From Calditrichia bacterium (GTDB lineage Bacteria > Calditrichota > Calditrichia > JAJRVZ01): DNA of 64,000 nt. The notes beneath the pieces were generated by a model that had not been told where the DNA came from, ran no database searches, and was given only the letters and a program-made list of their open reading frames with translations. A program made the position numbers and the translations under genes. Location of the stretch: NCBI GenBank assembly GCA_963777955.1, contig CAVZSQ010000022.1, positions 352,001-416,000 of the forward strand, written 5' to 3'. This document shows, piece after piece, positions 10,994 through 20,955 of this stretch (positions are counted from its first letter, which is position 1; each line of letters begins with the position of its first letter).

Positions 10994-11030
10994 CTTAATA
11001 CCTGTTCGCCATAATTATTGGTTGAAAGTT

Positions 11031-11459
11031 TTACCGGCCTTTACCCTTGCGTTGCTGTTTGCCTGTCCCGTCCTGTGGCTGGAGTCCTGATTTTTGACCC
11101 TTCTTTTGTCTTTTCTGCAATTTCTTTTCTTTTCCCTGCTGCACCAGGCGGTCATCGATACCGTCTCCATCAGCATCGACAAATTCCTCCTCCTGACCCT
11201 GTTGTTGCAGAGCTTTATAATCAGGATCCAGTCCATTGGGTATGCCATCACCATCATGGTCAGGGGCATTGTCGTTGTAACCGTCACCATCTTTGTCCAC
11301 AAAATTATGCTGCTCGCGATTGCGTTCCTGATTTTGCTGTTGTACCTGTTTCTCCGTAGTAATATCTTTTTTAGTCGAATCCTGGGCTGAAACTGAATCG
11401 GTAATTAACCAGCACCCGGCTATCATGCTGATATATCCTAAAATTTTCGCGACCTTCAC
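11031..11459 (-). CDS. secreted Q/K-rich protein with DxDGDG (Ca-binding type) repeats
   Basis: GTG start with GAGGAG RBS, signal peptide, FVDKDGDGYNDNAPDHDGDGIPNGLDPDY and FVDADGDGIDD. Confidence 0.82.
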   Translation of the reverse strand: MKVAKILGYISMIAGCWLITDSVSAQDSTKKDITTEKQVQQQNQERNREQHNFVDKDGDGYNDNAPDHDGDGIPNGLDPDYKALQQQGQEEEFVDADGDGIDDRLVQQGKEKKLQKRQKKGQKSGLQPQDGTGKQQRKGKGR

Positions 11460-11496
11460 TTTTCAACTCCTCTTAAATAATTCCGAATAAATTTAA

Positions 11497-11625
11497 TACA
11501 ATCTTCATGCCAGAAATAAGCTTTATTTTTAATTGATTGATATTATTGGTTTTAGTCGAATGATAGTTTTAGATAGTTCTTTTAAATACGACCTGATAGA
11601 CGAGGAGTTAGTCATTTTAGTCGAA
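11497..11625 (-). promoter_or_regulatory. sigma-54 promoter with IHF site and tandem UAS
   Basis: Minus strand TGGCATgaagaTTGT (GG at 11510-11511); TATCAATCAATTA (IHF consensus WATCAAN4TTR) at 11530-11542; CGAC-N6-GTCG-like sites starting at 11589 and 11610. Confidence 0.65.
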
Positions 11626-11655
11626 AAAAAAAGACCTCTCCGTGGAGAGGTCTTT
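11624..11655 (-). terminator. intrinsic terminator
   Basis: aaagacctctcc-gt-ggagaggtcttt stem followed by a long T tract on the minus strand. Confidence 0.8.
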
Positions 11656-11679
11656 CCGGTTGGTAAAGGGTAAGAGTTG

Positions 11680-12358
11680 TTAGTTCTTACCACTCCGCTT
11701 GGTTGTCCCCTTAGGTCCTGTTCCATCACAATTTTTTTGTTTTGAGCCTGTGCCGCTTCCCTGTTGCGGACCGATGGCTTTTTTACCAGTGTTGGTCTGC
11801 TTCTGCGTACCTTTACCAAATTGATTCTTTTCTCCGGTACCATCCTGCGGGCGGGTAAAGTCAGGATCCTGGCCATTAGGAATACCGTCGCCATCCCAGT
11901 CTTGGGCATTATCATTAATTCCATCGCCATTTTCATCGATGAATCCGCCTTTGCCATTACCGGCGCGATTTTTGGCTCCGGTATAATCGGGATCCTGTCC
12001 ATTGGGAATGCCATCACCATCAGCATCGGCGGCGTTATCATTATAACCGTCGCCGTTCTTATCTTCAAACTGCTTCTGATGCTGGACTTCTTTCTGGTTA
12101 GTTTCTCCTTAAGTTGTCCCTGTTGGATTGTTCCTGGCTTTGGGCACGTACCTGTTCTTTCACAGCGGTCCGACTTGTTCCCCACCTGATTTCTGTTCTG
12201 AACTTCGTTCTGATTGGTTTCTCCTTTAAGTTGGCCCTGTTCAATTGTTCCTGTTTTTCAGCACGCACCTTGGTGGTGTCCTGGCTGAAAAGACTGGTAG
12301 TGAAGAACATGAACAGTAGCCCTGCCAGTGTGATGATACTTAGATTTGAGTGCTTCAT
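11680..12358 (-). CDS. second secreted DxDGDG-repeat protein (paralog of 11031-11459), frameshifted in the 5' half
   Basis: Signal peptide MKHSNLSIITLAGLLFMFFTTSLFSQD. Hand-translated 3' frame: FEDKNGDGYNDNAADADGDGIPNGQDPDY...FIDENGDGINDNAQDWDGDGIPNGQDPDFTRPQDGTG...CDGTGPKG, stop at 11680-11682. Confidence 0.8.
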
Positions 12359-12402
12359 TGTGATTCCTCCTTTTTGTTCGCTTTATATTTTGAGATCATT
12401 GG

Positions 12403-12533
12403 GTCAATTACTATGCCAAAAAATATATTATGTTGATAACTTATTGAAAATTAAGAAATAAGCGATTTTGAGAAATCTGCAGATTCAATTCAGTCTCGAC
12501 CTGGCGGTCGAAGTTGAAGACAAATCCGGCGAT
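12403..12533 (-). promoter_or_regulatory. sigma-54 promoter with IHF site and tandem UAS
   Basis: Minus strand TGGCATagtaaTTGA (GG at 12416-12417); TTTCAATAAGTTA at 12437-12449; CGACctggcgGTCG at 12497 and AGACaaatccGGCG at 12518. Confidence 0.68.
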
Positions 12534-12563
12534 AGATATTCTGGTGGAGGGATTTACTTACGC

Positions 12564-13940
12564 TCAGACAGTAGATTTTTTTAGACCGAGAATATCCAAC
12601 CTGGAGCGCAGGTGCCGTTCACTGATACCCAGAATTCTGGCTGCGGCACTCTGGTTTCCGTTACTGCGCTGCAATGCTTCCTGCACCATTTCTTTCTCGA
12701 ATGCCTGCATCTTTTCATCATACCCCTCTTCCAGGTGCAAGGGATCGATAATCGATTTTTCAGAGTATTGCACCAGTGAGGCCGGCAAATCCTGAACGGT
12801 TAAATGTGTACTCCGGCATAAGACTACGGCATGCTCGATCATATTCTCCAATTCACGGATGTTACCTGGAAAGTTATATTTCAGTAATCGATCGAGCGCT
12901 TCGCGGCTGATACCATCGATCTGTTTATTATTTTCCAGGGCATACTTTTTAATAAAGTGATCAACCAGTAATGGGATATCAGTTTTGCGCTGGTGCAGCG
13001 GAGGTATTTGAATGGTTATCACGTTGATCCGGTAATAAAGATCCTCGCGGAATTTTCCATCCTTAATCAGTTGTTCCAGATTACGGTGTGTAGCAGTCAG
13101 GATACGTACATCTATTGCAACTGGTGCATTACTTCCCAGACGTTCAATCTGGCCAAATTGCAGGGCACGCAGTAGTTTGACCTGGACGTTTGCCGGCATA
13201 TCACCTATCTCATCAATAAATAGGGTCCCGGTATCAGCCTGCTCGAAACGACCTATCCTTTGCTGGGTGGCGCCGGTAAAGGCTCCTTTTTCATGTCCGA
13301 ACAGTTCACTCTCGATCAGGGTTTCAGTAAGAGCGGATACATTGACCACGATAAATGGTGCATTATTTCGGGGACCGGCAAAATGAATTGCGCGGGCGAC
13401 CAGTTCTTTTCCGGTTCCGCTTTCCCCGCGTATTAACACCGTCGCTTTACTGCCAGCCACACGGGCCGCAGTATTGAGCACTGCTTCCATCTCGCCGCTC
13501 TGTGATATGACCGCATCAAATTTAAACTTTGCCCGCAACTGTTCCTTCAGCAGTTGATTTTCAGCAATCAGTAATCTTTTTTCCTGGATCCGTTTCAGTA
13601 AATTTTCCAGTTCATTCAGATCCACCGGTTTAATCAGGTAATCATAGGCCCCGGCTTTCATACTCTCCACGGCGTCTTCGATGCTGGCATAGGCTGTCAT
13701 AATGACCACATCGATTTCCGGATTGAGTTCTTTTATTTTTTTCAGCACAGTGAATCCGGTCCACTCCGGCATACGAAAATCGGAAAGGATCAAGTCAATG
13801 GTATTGTTTTTAACAATCTCGTATCCGGCAGGTCCGGAAGCAGCAGTAAACACCATATAGCCGCGCCGCTCTAAAAAACTTCTGAATGACTGAATCTGGC
13901 TTTCCTCGTCATCTATGACCAGAATACTCAAAGTTTGCAT
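12564..13940 (-). CDS. NtrC/AtoC/ZraR-family sigma-54-dependent response regulator
   Basis: Receiver domain, GESGTGKE, GAFTGA, FREDLYYR, FPGNIRELEN, C-terminal HTH. Confidence 0.96.
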   Translation of the reverse strand: MQTLSILVIDDEESQIQSFRSFLERRGYMVFTAASGPAGYEIVKNNTIDLILSDFRMPEWTGFTVLKKIKELNPEIDVVIMTAYASIEDAVESMKAGAYDYLIKPVDLNELENLLKRIQEKRLLIAENQLLKEQLRAKFKFDAVISQSGEMEAVLNTAARVAGSKATVLIRGESGTGKELVARAIHFAGPRNNAPFIVVNVSALTETLIESELFGHEKGAFTGATQQRIGRFEQADTGTLFIDEIGDMPANVQVKLLRALQFGQIERLGSNAPVAIDVRILTATHRNLEQLIKDGKFREDLYYRINVITIQIPPLHQRKTDIPLLVDHFIKKYALENNKQIDGISREALDRLLKYNFPGNIRELENMIEHAVVLCRSTHLTVQDLPASLVQYSEKSIIDPLHLEEGYDEKMQAFEKEMVQEALQRSNGNQSAAARILGISERHLRSRLDILGLKKSTV

Positions 13941-13988
13941 AAAACTCCTGAATTTTAGATATCCGCTTGATCTTGCTGATGATTAGTT

Positions 13989-16029
13989 TTATTTATATAC
14001 GTTAACCGGCATTCGAATGATGAAGGAGGTTCCCTGTCCTGGTTGACTTTCAACAGAGATAATCCCGTCATGTTCCAGAATTATGCGCTGAACAATGCTC
14101 AAACCTATGCCGGTACCCTTGGCCTTGGTAGTAAAATAAAGGTTGAAAATTTTAGATTTGATCGAATCGGGAATTTCCTGTCCATCGTTATGGACTGATA
14201 TTTCAACTTTCTCGTGTTGAGTGGAATTCACAATAACCTGAATGACCCCCTTAGTCTCGATAGCCTCCAGAGCATTCTGAATCAGGTTCATGAATACCTG
14301 TTTCATCTGTTGGTGATCCCAGCGCACCATTCCGTCCCAGCGCAGATCTAACCGAAATTGTACATTCTGGGAATCCAGCAGCGCTTGATACTGCAGTTTA
14401 AGTTGCTCCAGAAGATCGCTCAACAGGAATGGTGCAGGATTGATCGGTTCCGGCCGGCTGAATCTCAGGAATTTTTCGATACTATCATTGATACGCCTGA
14501 CCTCCTTATATACTAATCCAGCCAGCTGATGATATTCCTGTCCCTGTTTTAATGGTTCAAAGTCTTTATCCAGTTGCTGTACTATTGTACCAATTGTATT
14601 AAGCGGATTGCGGATCTCATGAGCCACCCCGGAGGCCAGTTGCCCCATAGCACTTAATCGTTCTTTACGCTGAACCTGATCTTCCAGCCGTTTCTGTTCC
14701 GTCAGATCTCTCAGTACTAATATAGTCATCTCGCTGGCCTGTCGATCGGATAACCGGGTTTTCGATACCAGTAGATACCTGGATTGCTGGTTGATGATTC
14801 CGTTGATCTGCTGCATGGTCGACGGATCGTTTAATATTTGTTTAGCCAAGATGTCCGGTATCAAAGCGTGGAGTGATAAACTCAGCACTTCGCGTTCAGT
14901 ACAACCGCACAGAATTTCAGCTGCGCGATTGATGACTTTTATTCTATTTTCCCCGTCATAGACAATAATGGCATCACTGACTTTCTGGATGATGTTGCTG
15001 GAATAGGTTTCTATCTCCTCATATTGTTTATGCAGCAGATCATATCGCTGACGTATTAGAATAAAAGTAAAGATGATGAATCCAATAATAACGAGTACAA
15101 TGGTAATGATTATCAGGCGCCGATAAATGCGATCATTAATCACCTGTACCGGTTGCAGGGAGAGGCCAAGGCGAAACAGACCGACGGTTTGATTCTGGTA
15201 GGTGAAGGGCAGTACGGTTTCGAATACTTGTAAGGAATCCAGAGTAACGGTCCGGGTTAAAAACAACGAATCGCCATAGGCTTTGTTCAGGAATGAGTCG
15301 TGCCGGATCGCTTCCAGATTTGTTACTGCTCCCGATGCGGCCAGAATGGAAGCGGTGTCCTGTAGTGCAATAAAAATAATACCCGGATTGTTTGCGATTT
15401 TACGTAAAAGTATTCCAAAACCGGTTGTTTTACGCAGGTCTATTAATTCCTGAGCGTCGACATTGAGGACGATAGCACTGCGATCCGCGGCGGCCAGGGC
15501 CACTATATACCGGTATCCGCCCTGAGATCTGGCGTGCCTCATGCCGATAATCAGAGTATCCTGATCACCATCAAAGATAGGGTAGAGCAAATCCTCGGGA
15601 TCGATGTTTTCAGGCAAATCTGACGGTTGACCGGGATGACTGCTATAAATATTTTCTCCGTCCGGATTGAAAATATTGATCCGGAATATTTTGTTTTGTT
15701 CCGCAATTTCATTAAGACGGATTTCGGTAATTTTTTTTTCCTGGTAAAGTTTTTTAATCACAGACTGCATTGTTTAGCGATCGTTCACGGTAAGATTTTT
15801 CCATTTGGTCGTTAATCGCCAGTGCATTTTGAGAAGCGATAATCAGGGATTCCAGGAAGGAATGAGCCTGATCGCTCATCAGGGAAAGTAATTCAATTTT
15901 ACTTTGTTGTAGTTCGATCAGGGCGCTGCTAATCATCAACGCTGCCAGAACGAGGAAGATCAATAGTAAAAATCTGGGTCGTACCAAGATCGGCTTTGGG
16001 GATGATGTCTTGTTAATATTTGAATTCAT
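13989..16029 (-). CDS. membrane sensor histidine kinase with PAS domain (frameshift near 15765)
   Basis: TM1 lies in ORF 15754-16029; periplasmic domain, TM2, PAS, AHEIRNPL, NLIQNA and GTGIGL lie in ORF 13989-15770. Confidence 0.9.
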
Positions 16030-16306
16030 ATGATCCAGATCCTGTGATCTTAGCTTAGGATGAATGATCCGGATGATTTCTTAAGGTATCGTTCGGATTA
16101 AATTTACTGTTTGACAGCAGACATATCAAAATATAAATATATCTATATTTAAAGGTGCAGGTGATAATTTGTTGGTTTGGGAGATGATATCAGTTAATTT
16201 ATCAGTGCGCAGGGAGAATCCCCTTGATAGGAATAGATGATCGTAATAAATAGTTTTTATTGTAAGAATATTTTAGGCGGGTATGATTTAAAACGGGAAA
16301 GGCACT

Positions 16307-19300
16307 ATGTCCGATAAACAGGATATTTTATTTGGGCCAAACGTCTGGTTGATCGATGAAATGTACCGCCAGTACCTGGATAATCCCGAGTCGGTGTCGG
16401 AGAGTTGGCGGGATTTCTTTGGGGATTATAAACCTTCTCCGTTCAATGCGGAAGCAGCCCATGTTACAGAAAAAAAAGACCTGCGGCGGCAGCAGCAGCA
16501 GCCGGTCAGGGAAACTGCCGGTCAGGCGGATCTGGAGATGCACCTGGAGCCGTTGCGTGGTTTTGCCGCCCGCATTGTGGAAAATATGGAGAGCAGTCTA
16601 TCCGTTCCTACCGCCACTTCCACCCGGATCATTCCGGTAAAACTCCTGGAAGAAAACCGTACCATACTGAATCGTCATTTTGCCGAGAGCAAAGGGGGTA
16701 AAGTTAGTTTTACCCATATGATCGCCTGGGCTATTTTAAAGGCTCTGCGGCATCTGCCGGTGATGACCACTTCCTTCATGGAAGTTGACGGAGTTCCGCA
16801 TAAAGTTATTCAGCGGCATATTAATTTCGGCCTGGCTGTGGATGTGGAGCGTAAAGATAAATCCCGCTCGCTGCTGGTGCCTAATATTAAAATAGCCGAC
16901 ACGCTTGACTTTAACATGTTCTTCTCCGCGTATAACGAATTACTGCGTAAAGTGAAGACCAATACCATTGAACCGGATGATTTCCTGGGTACGACGGTTT
17001 CACTGACCAATCCGGGTATGATCGGCACGGTTCATTCCATACCCCGTCTGATGGCCGGACAAAGTTGTATTATAGCCACAGGGGCTATCGCTTATCCCGC
17101 CGAGTATCAATCTGCCGATCCGCAACTGATTGCCCGGCTGGGTATCAGCAAGGTCATGACCATGACCTGTACTTATGATCACCGCATTATACAGGGTGCC
17201 GAGAGTGGTATGTTTTTGGGTCACATTCAGCAATTGCTGGCCGGCACGGATAATTTTTATCAGGAAATATTTTCCAGTTTGAAAGTACCCTATCAACCCG
17301 TACAACTGCGCCAGGATGTCAATCCGTCTTTCGAAACGGATGGCGACCGTCCGGTTATGTTCGAAAAACAGGTGCGAGTTTTACAAATGATCAACATGTT
17401 CCGGGTACGGGGACATCTGGTTGCAGATTTGAATCCGCTGGCTGACGAAGTAAAAACCCATCCTGAACTGGAACCGGACCGGTATGGCCTGAGCATCTGG
17501 GATTATGACCGCGAATTCAATTCACTGGGATTGGCCGGCAGGAACCTGCTGACTCTGCGCGAGATAATCAATATACTGCGTGACTCCTATTGCCGGACGA
17601 TCGGGATTGAATACATGCACATCCAGGAGCCCGATCAAAAAAACTGGATCCAGATTAGAATCGAAGGCATTAATCGCAGCAAATGGCTGAACAATGCCGA
17701 TAAGCAGCAGATTCTGTTCATGCTTAACGCAGCCGAGGCTTTCGAAAATTTTCTGCAGACCAAATATGTCGGGCATAAACGGTTCAGCCTGGAAGGGGCA
17801 GAAACACTTATTCCCATGTTACATCATCTGCTGGATCGCTCCGGTGAACAGAACCTGCAGGAGGTTGTTATCGGCATGTCGCATCGCGGCCGGCTTAATG
17901 TCCTGGCCAATATTTTGCAGAAAAGTTATAAGAAAATATTCCGTGAATTTGAAGGGGATCTGGATCCCGATTCGCAGCAAGGTTCCGGCGATGTGAAATA
18001 CCATTTGGGGGCCAGCGGGGTTCATGAACTGTCCAATGGGCGAAAAGTTAAATTAACTCTGGCTTCCAATCCCAGTCACCTGGAGGCAGTCAATCCGGTT
18101 GTGGAGGGAATGACCCGCGGTTTGCAGGACCGGCTTGGTGATAAAAGCCATGACCGGGTATTATCGTTATTGATTCACGGTGATGCTGCTTTTGCCGGGC
18201 AGGGGGTAGTGGCCGAGACTCTGAATTTGAGTGCCCTGCACGGTTATCGCACCGGTGGTACTATTCATATTGTGATCAACAATGGTATCGGTTTTACCAC
18301 ATCTCCCCGGCAAGCCCGCTCCAGTGTTTATGCCACCGATGTGGCAAAAATGGTCCAGGCCCCTATTTTTCATGTTAATGGTGAAGATCCGGAGGCATGT
18401 GTGCATGTGATCAATCTGGCCATGGATTTTCGTCAGGAATTCAAAAAGGATGTGGTGATCGATTTGGTATGTTACCGTCGGCACGGCCATAATGAGGGGG
18501 ATGAACCCAGTTATACTCAGCCGCAGATGTACGCCCGTATAAAGGGAAAAAGATCAATCCGGAAATTGTACACCGAGATGCTGGTTAACCGCGGCGATTT
18601 AAGTTTAAAGGAAGCAGAATCGGCTCTCGATGATTACCGCCGGATGATGGACCAGGCTTTTGAGGAAACCCGTGACAGTGCTCCTCCCGAAGTTGCCATA
18701 GCGGAACAGGTCACCCTGGTAAAACCGGATCCGCCAATGACGACCGGGGTGCCAGCTGGCGTGCTTGATGAGATTGTGCAATCATTGATAACATTTCCAG
18801 GGGATTTTAAAGTACATCCCAAACTGGAGAAACAGATTTTGCAGCGTAAAAGTATGGTAGCCAATGATGAAATTGACTGGGGGCTGGCCGAAGCACTGGC
18901 CTTTGGATCATTACTGCTGGAGCGAATTCCCATACGCTTATCCGGTCAGGATTCACGTCGTGGAACATTCAGCCAGCGTCATGCCGTGTTAATTGATTAC
19001 GATACCGGTCAAGAATACTCCCCTCTGAATCATATCCGCCAGGAACAAGCACAGTTCTCTATTTACGATTCGACTTTAAGCGAGTTCGCCGTGATGGGAT
19101 TTGAATACGGTTATTCGGTTACCCGTAATGATGTACTGGTCTTATGGGAGGCGCAGTTTGGTGATTTTGTGAATGGCGGGCAGGTTATCATCGATCAGTT
19201 TCTATCTTCGGCTCAGGATAAATGGGATCAACGCAGCCGCCTGGTGCTGCTTTTGCCGCATGGTTATGAAGGTCAGGGTCCTGAACATTCCAGTGCGCGT

Positions 19301-19921
19301 CTGGAGAGGTTTTTAGCGCTTTGTGCCGAGAATAACCTGCGGGTAACCTATCCTTCCACAGCAGCACAGTATTTTCATTTGCTGCGCAATCAGGCCCGCC
19401 AGGATAAGATACGTCCTTTAATAGTATTGACTCCCAAAAGTTTGTTGCGTGCCGAGGTAGCCAAGTGTAAAAAAGCAGATTTAATGCAGGGTGGATTTCA
19501 GGTTTTAATCGATGAATCGCAACCGCTTAAAAATCCTGATAAACTGATACTATGTGCCGGCAAGGTAGCTTTTGATTTGCAGAACTACCGCCAGGAGCAT
19601 AAGATTAAAAATACGCTGATCGTGCGCCTGGAACAATTTTATCCCTTTCCGTTTGATCAACTCACCGAGATACTCAAACGTTACCCCGGATTAACCAGCA
19701 TTCGCTGGGTACAGGAGGAGCCTCGCAATATGGGCGGCTGGAATTTTGTATTGGCCCGGTTGCAGGAAATCCTCTCCAAATCACATCAACTTAAATTTGT
19801 CGGCAGGCTGCCCAGTGCTAGTCCGGCAACCGGGATTTACCGTCTGCATTTAGCCGAGCAATCTATATTATTAAAGCAGGCTTTTGCTTACTGCCACCCT
19901 TACCCACCTCCGAGGTTCTGA
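16307..19921 (+). CDS. sucA: multifunctional 2-oxoglutarate dehydrogenase/decarboxylase (E2-acyltransferase + E1 fusion, Kgd type)
   Basis: N-terminal FGPNVWLIDEMY, acyltransferase TYDHRIIQGAESG, E1 motifs KRFSLEG, HGDAAFAGQG, WEAQFGDF, PHGYEGQGPEHSS. Confidence 0.95.
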   Translation: MSDKQDILFGPNVWLIDEMYRQYLDNPESVSESWRDFFGDYKPSPFNAEAAHVTEKKDLRRQQQQPVRETAGQADLEMHLEPLRGFAARIVENMESSLSVPTATSTRIIPVKLLEENRTILNRHFAESKGGKVSFTHMIAWAILKALRHLPVMTTSFMEVDGVPHKVIQRHINFGLAVDVERKDKSRSLLVPNIKIADTLDFNMFFSAYNELLRKVKTNTIEPDDFLGTTVSLTNPGMIGTVHSIPRLMAGQSCIIATGAIAYPAEYQSADPQLIARLGISKVMTMTCTYDHRIIQGAESGMFLGHIQQLLAGTDNFYQEIFSSLKVPYQPVQLRQDVNPSFETDGDRPVMFEKQVRVLQMINMFRVRGHLVADLNPLADEVKTHPELEPDRYGLSIWDYDREFNSLGLAGRNLLTLREIINILRDSYCRTIGIEYMHIQEPDQKNWIQIRIEGINRSKWLNNADKQQILFMLNAAEAFENFLQTKYVGHKRFSLEGAETLIPMLHHLLDRSGEQNLQEVVIGMSHRGRLNVLANILQKSYKKIFREFEGDLDPDSQQGSGDVKYHLGASGVHELSNGRKVKLTLASNPSHLEAVNPVVEGMTRGLQDRLGDKSHDRVLSLLIHGDAAFAGQGVVAETLNLSALHGYRTGGTIHIVINNGIGFTTSPRQARSSVYATDVAKMVQAPIFHVNGEDPEACVHVINLAMDFRQEFKKDVVIDLVCYRRHGHNEGDEPSYTQPQMYARIKGKRSIRKLYTEMLVNRGDLSLKEAESALDDYRRMMDQAFEETRDSAPPEVAIAEQVTLVKPDPPMTTGVPAGVLDEIVQSLITFPGDFKVHPKLEKQILQRKSMVANDEIDWGLAEALAFGSLLLERIPIRLSGQDSRRGTFSQRHAVLIDYDTGQEYSPLNHIRQEQAQFSIYDSTLSEFAVMGFEYGYSVTRNDVLVLWEAQFGDFVNGGQVIIDQFLSSAQDKWDQRSRLVLLLPHGYEGQGPEHSSARLERFLALCAENNLRVTYPSTAAQYFHLLRNQARQDKIRPLIVLTPKSLLRAEVAKCKKADLMQGGFQVLIDESQPLKNPDKLILCAGKVAFDLQNYRQEHKIKNTLIVRLEQFYPFPFDQLTEILKRYPGLTSIRWVQEEPRNMGGWNFVLARLQEILSKSHQLKFVGRLPSASPATGIYRLHLAEQSILLKQAFAYCHPYPPPRF

Positions 19922-20448
19922 CAACCTCGGAGGTGGGAAATTAATTCCTCTCTCGATTTGAACTGCGTTAATATCTCGTTTTGATCGACAACTTTCCCTC
20001 TTCGCAATCCAAAATAGTCTTTGGCACATGAAAATTCCCAATCCGTTGGTATTGTAGCAAGACCTGCTTTAACTGGATTCATGATAATATAAAAAAATAT
20101 ATCAAAGTAATACTTTCCATCAGTAATCGGTTTGTTTTTTGTTTTGCCCTGGAATAATACACCTGTGCGATTGTACCTTTTATTATAAGCTTTTGTATAT
20201 GAATTTAGCAGATCGGAAGTAAATTTACTGATTTTATGATGATCGGTTAATTGCTTTAAAAAAAGATGAAAATGCGTTGGCATTAAACAATAACACAGAA
20301 TAGAAATCATGTATTTTTCTTTATATTTCTGCATTTTTCTTATAAAAAATTGATAATCAGTTTTATTACGAAAGATGGGATCTGATAAAACTCCACGATT
20401 ATAAATATGATGGTATGAATCCTTTAAGTAAAATCTGGGTTTATTCAT
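19900..20448 (-). CDS. rayT: REP-associated tyrosine transposase (HUH / Y1 family)
   Basis: HHIYNRG, YCLMPTHFHL (HUH), YNRTGVLFQG, YIIMNPVKAGL...WEFS; AT-rich; flanked by REPs. Confidence 0.9.
   Translation of the reverse strand: MNKPRFYLKDSYHHIYNRGVLSDPIFRNKTDYQFFIRKMQKYKEKYMISILCYCLMPTHFHLFLKQLTDHHKISKFTSDLLNSYTKAYNKRYNRTGVLFQGKTKNKPITDGKYYFDIFFYIIMNPVKAGLATIPTDWEFSCAKDYFGLRRGKVVDQNEILTQFKSREELISHLRGCQNLGGG
19903..19937. repeat. REP-like palindrome, copy 1
   Basis: cccacctccgaggtt-ctgac-aacctcggaggtggg (15-bp perfect arms). Confidence 0.92.
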
Positions 20449-20486
20449 TTTACAGGTTGAACTTGTTTCAGGAAGGAGGAGCAAAT

Positions 20487-20531
20487 TATATACCACCTCC
20501 GAGGTTATCAGAACCTCGGAGGTGGTATATA
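20487..20531. repeat. REP-like palindrome, copy 2
   Basis: tatataccacctccgaggtt-atcag-aacctcggaggtggtatata (20-bp perfect arms). Confidence 0.92.
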
Positions 20532-20942
20532 CACCAAATGTAAGGACATGGCAAGTAAAATCAGGTTTTCAAGCATCTTAAACCAATCCACCGGCGTATC
20601 AGAACCGAAACAACCACAATTGATGTCCAGGCCTCGGATTAATGCCGAAAAAATGGCGAGGATAAATACCAGATTCATAAGCGAAAGCAATATCGCACTG
20701 GCCCGGACAAATATACCGGCCAACAACAGCATACCGCAATAGATCTCTAACCAGGGCAAAAATATCGCCACCAGGTTAGTCAGTGCCGCAGGCAAGATCA
20801 TGTAATTCTGAATAGACTGACTGAATTCAGCAGGTACAAATATTTTCTGTACCCCGGCATAAATAAAAACCGCACCGAGAATAAAACGGAATATCATTGA
20901 CAATACTGGATGCCGGGTAATTTGCTTTACATCGATTTTCAT
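20508..20942 (-). CDS. DoxX/MauE-family membrane protein
   Basis: RFILGAVFIYAG..K, LPWLEI, RGLDINCGCFG. Confidence 0.9.
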   Translation of the reverse strand: MKIDVKQITRHPVLSMIFRFILGAVFIYAGVQKIFVPAEFSQSIQNYMILPAALTNLVAIFLPWLEIYCGMLLLAGIFVRASAILLSLMNLVFILAIFSALIRGLDINCGCFGSDTPVDWFKMLENLILLAMSLHLVYIPPPRF

Positions 20943-20955
20943 AAATCACGAATCT

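Larger units (their letters stand above)
19903..20531. mobile_element. compact REP-RAYT-REP unit
   Basis: rayT bracketed by two 33-bp palindromes that are inverted relative to each other with 1 mismatch. Confidence 0.75.

Noticed and set aside
11529..12189. 218-aa and 141-aa ORFs in the ORF track
   Set aside because: These are off-frame or antisense readings of the frameshifted DxDGDG-repeat gene
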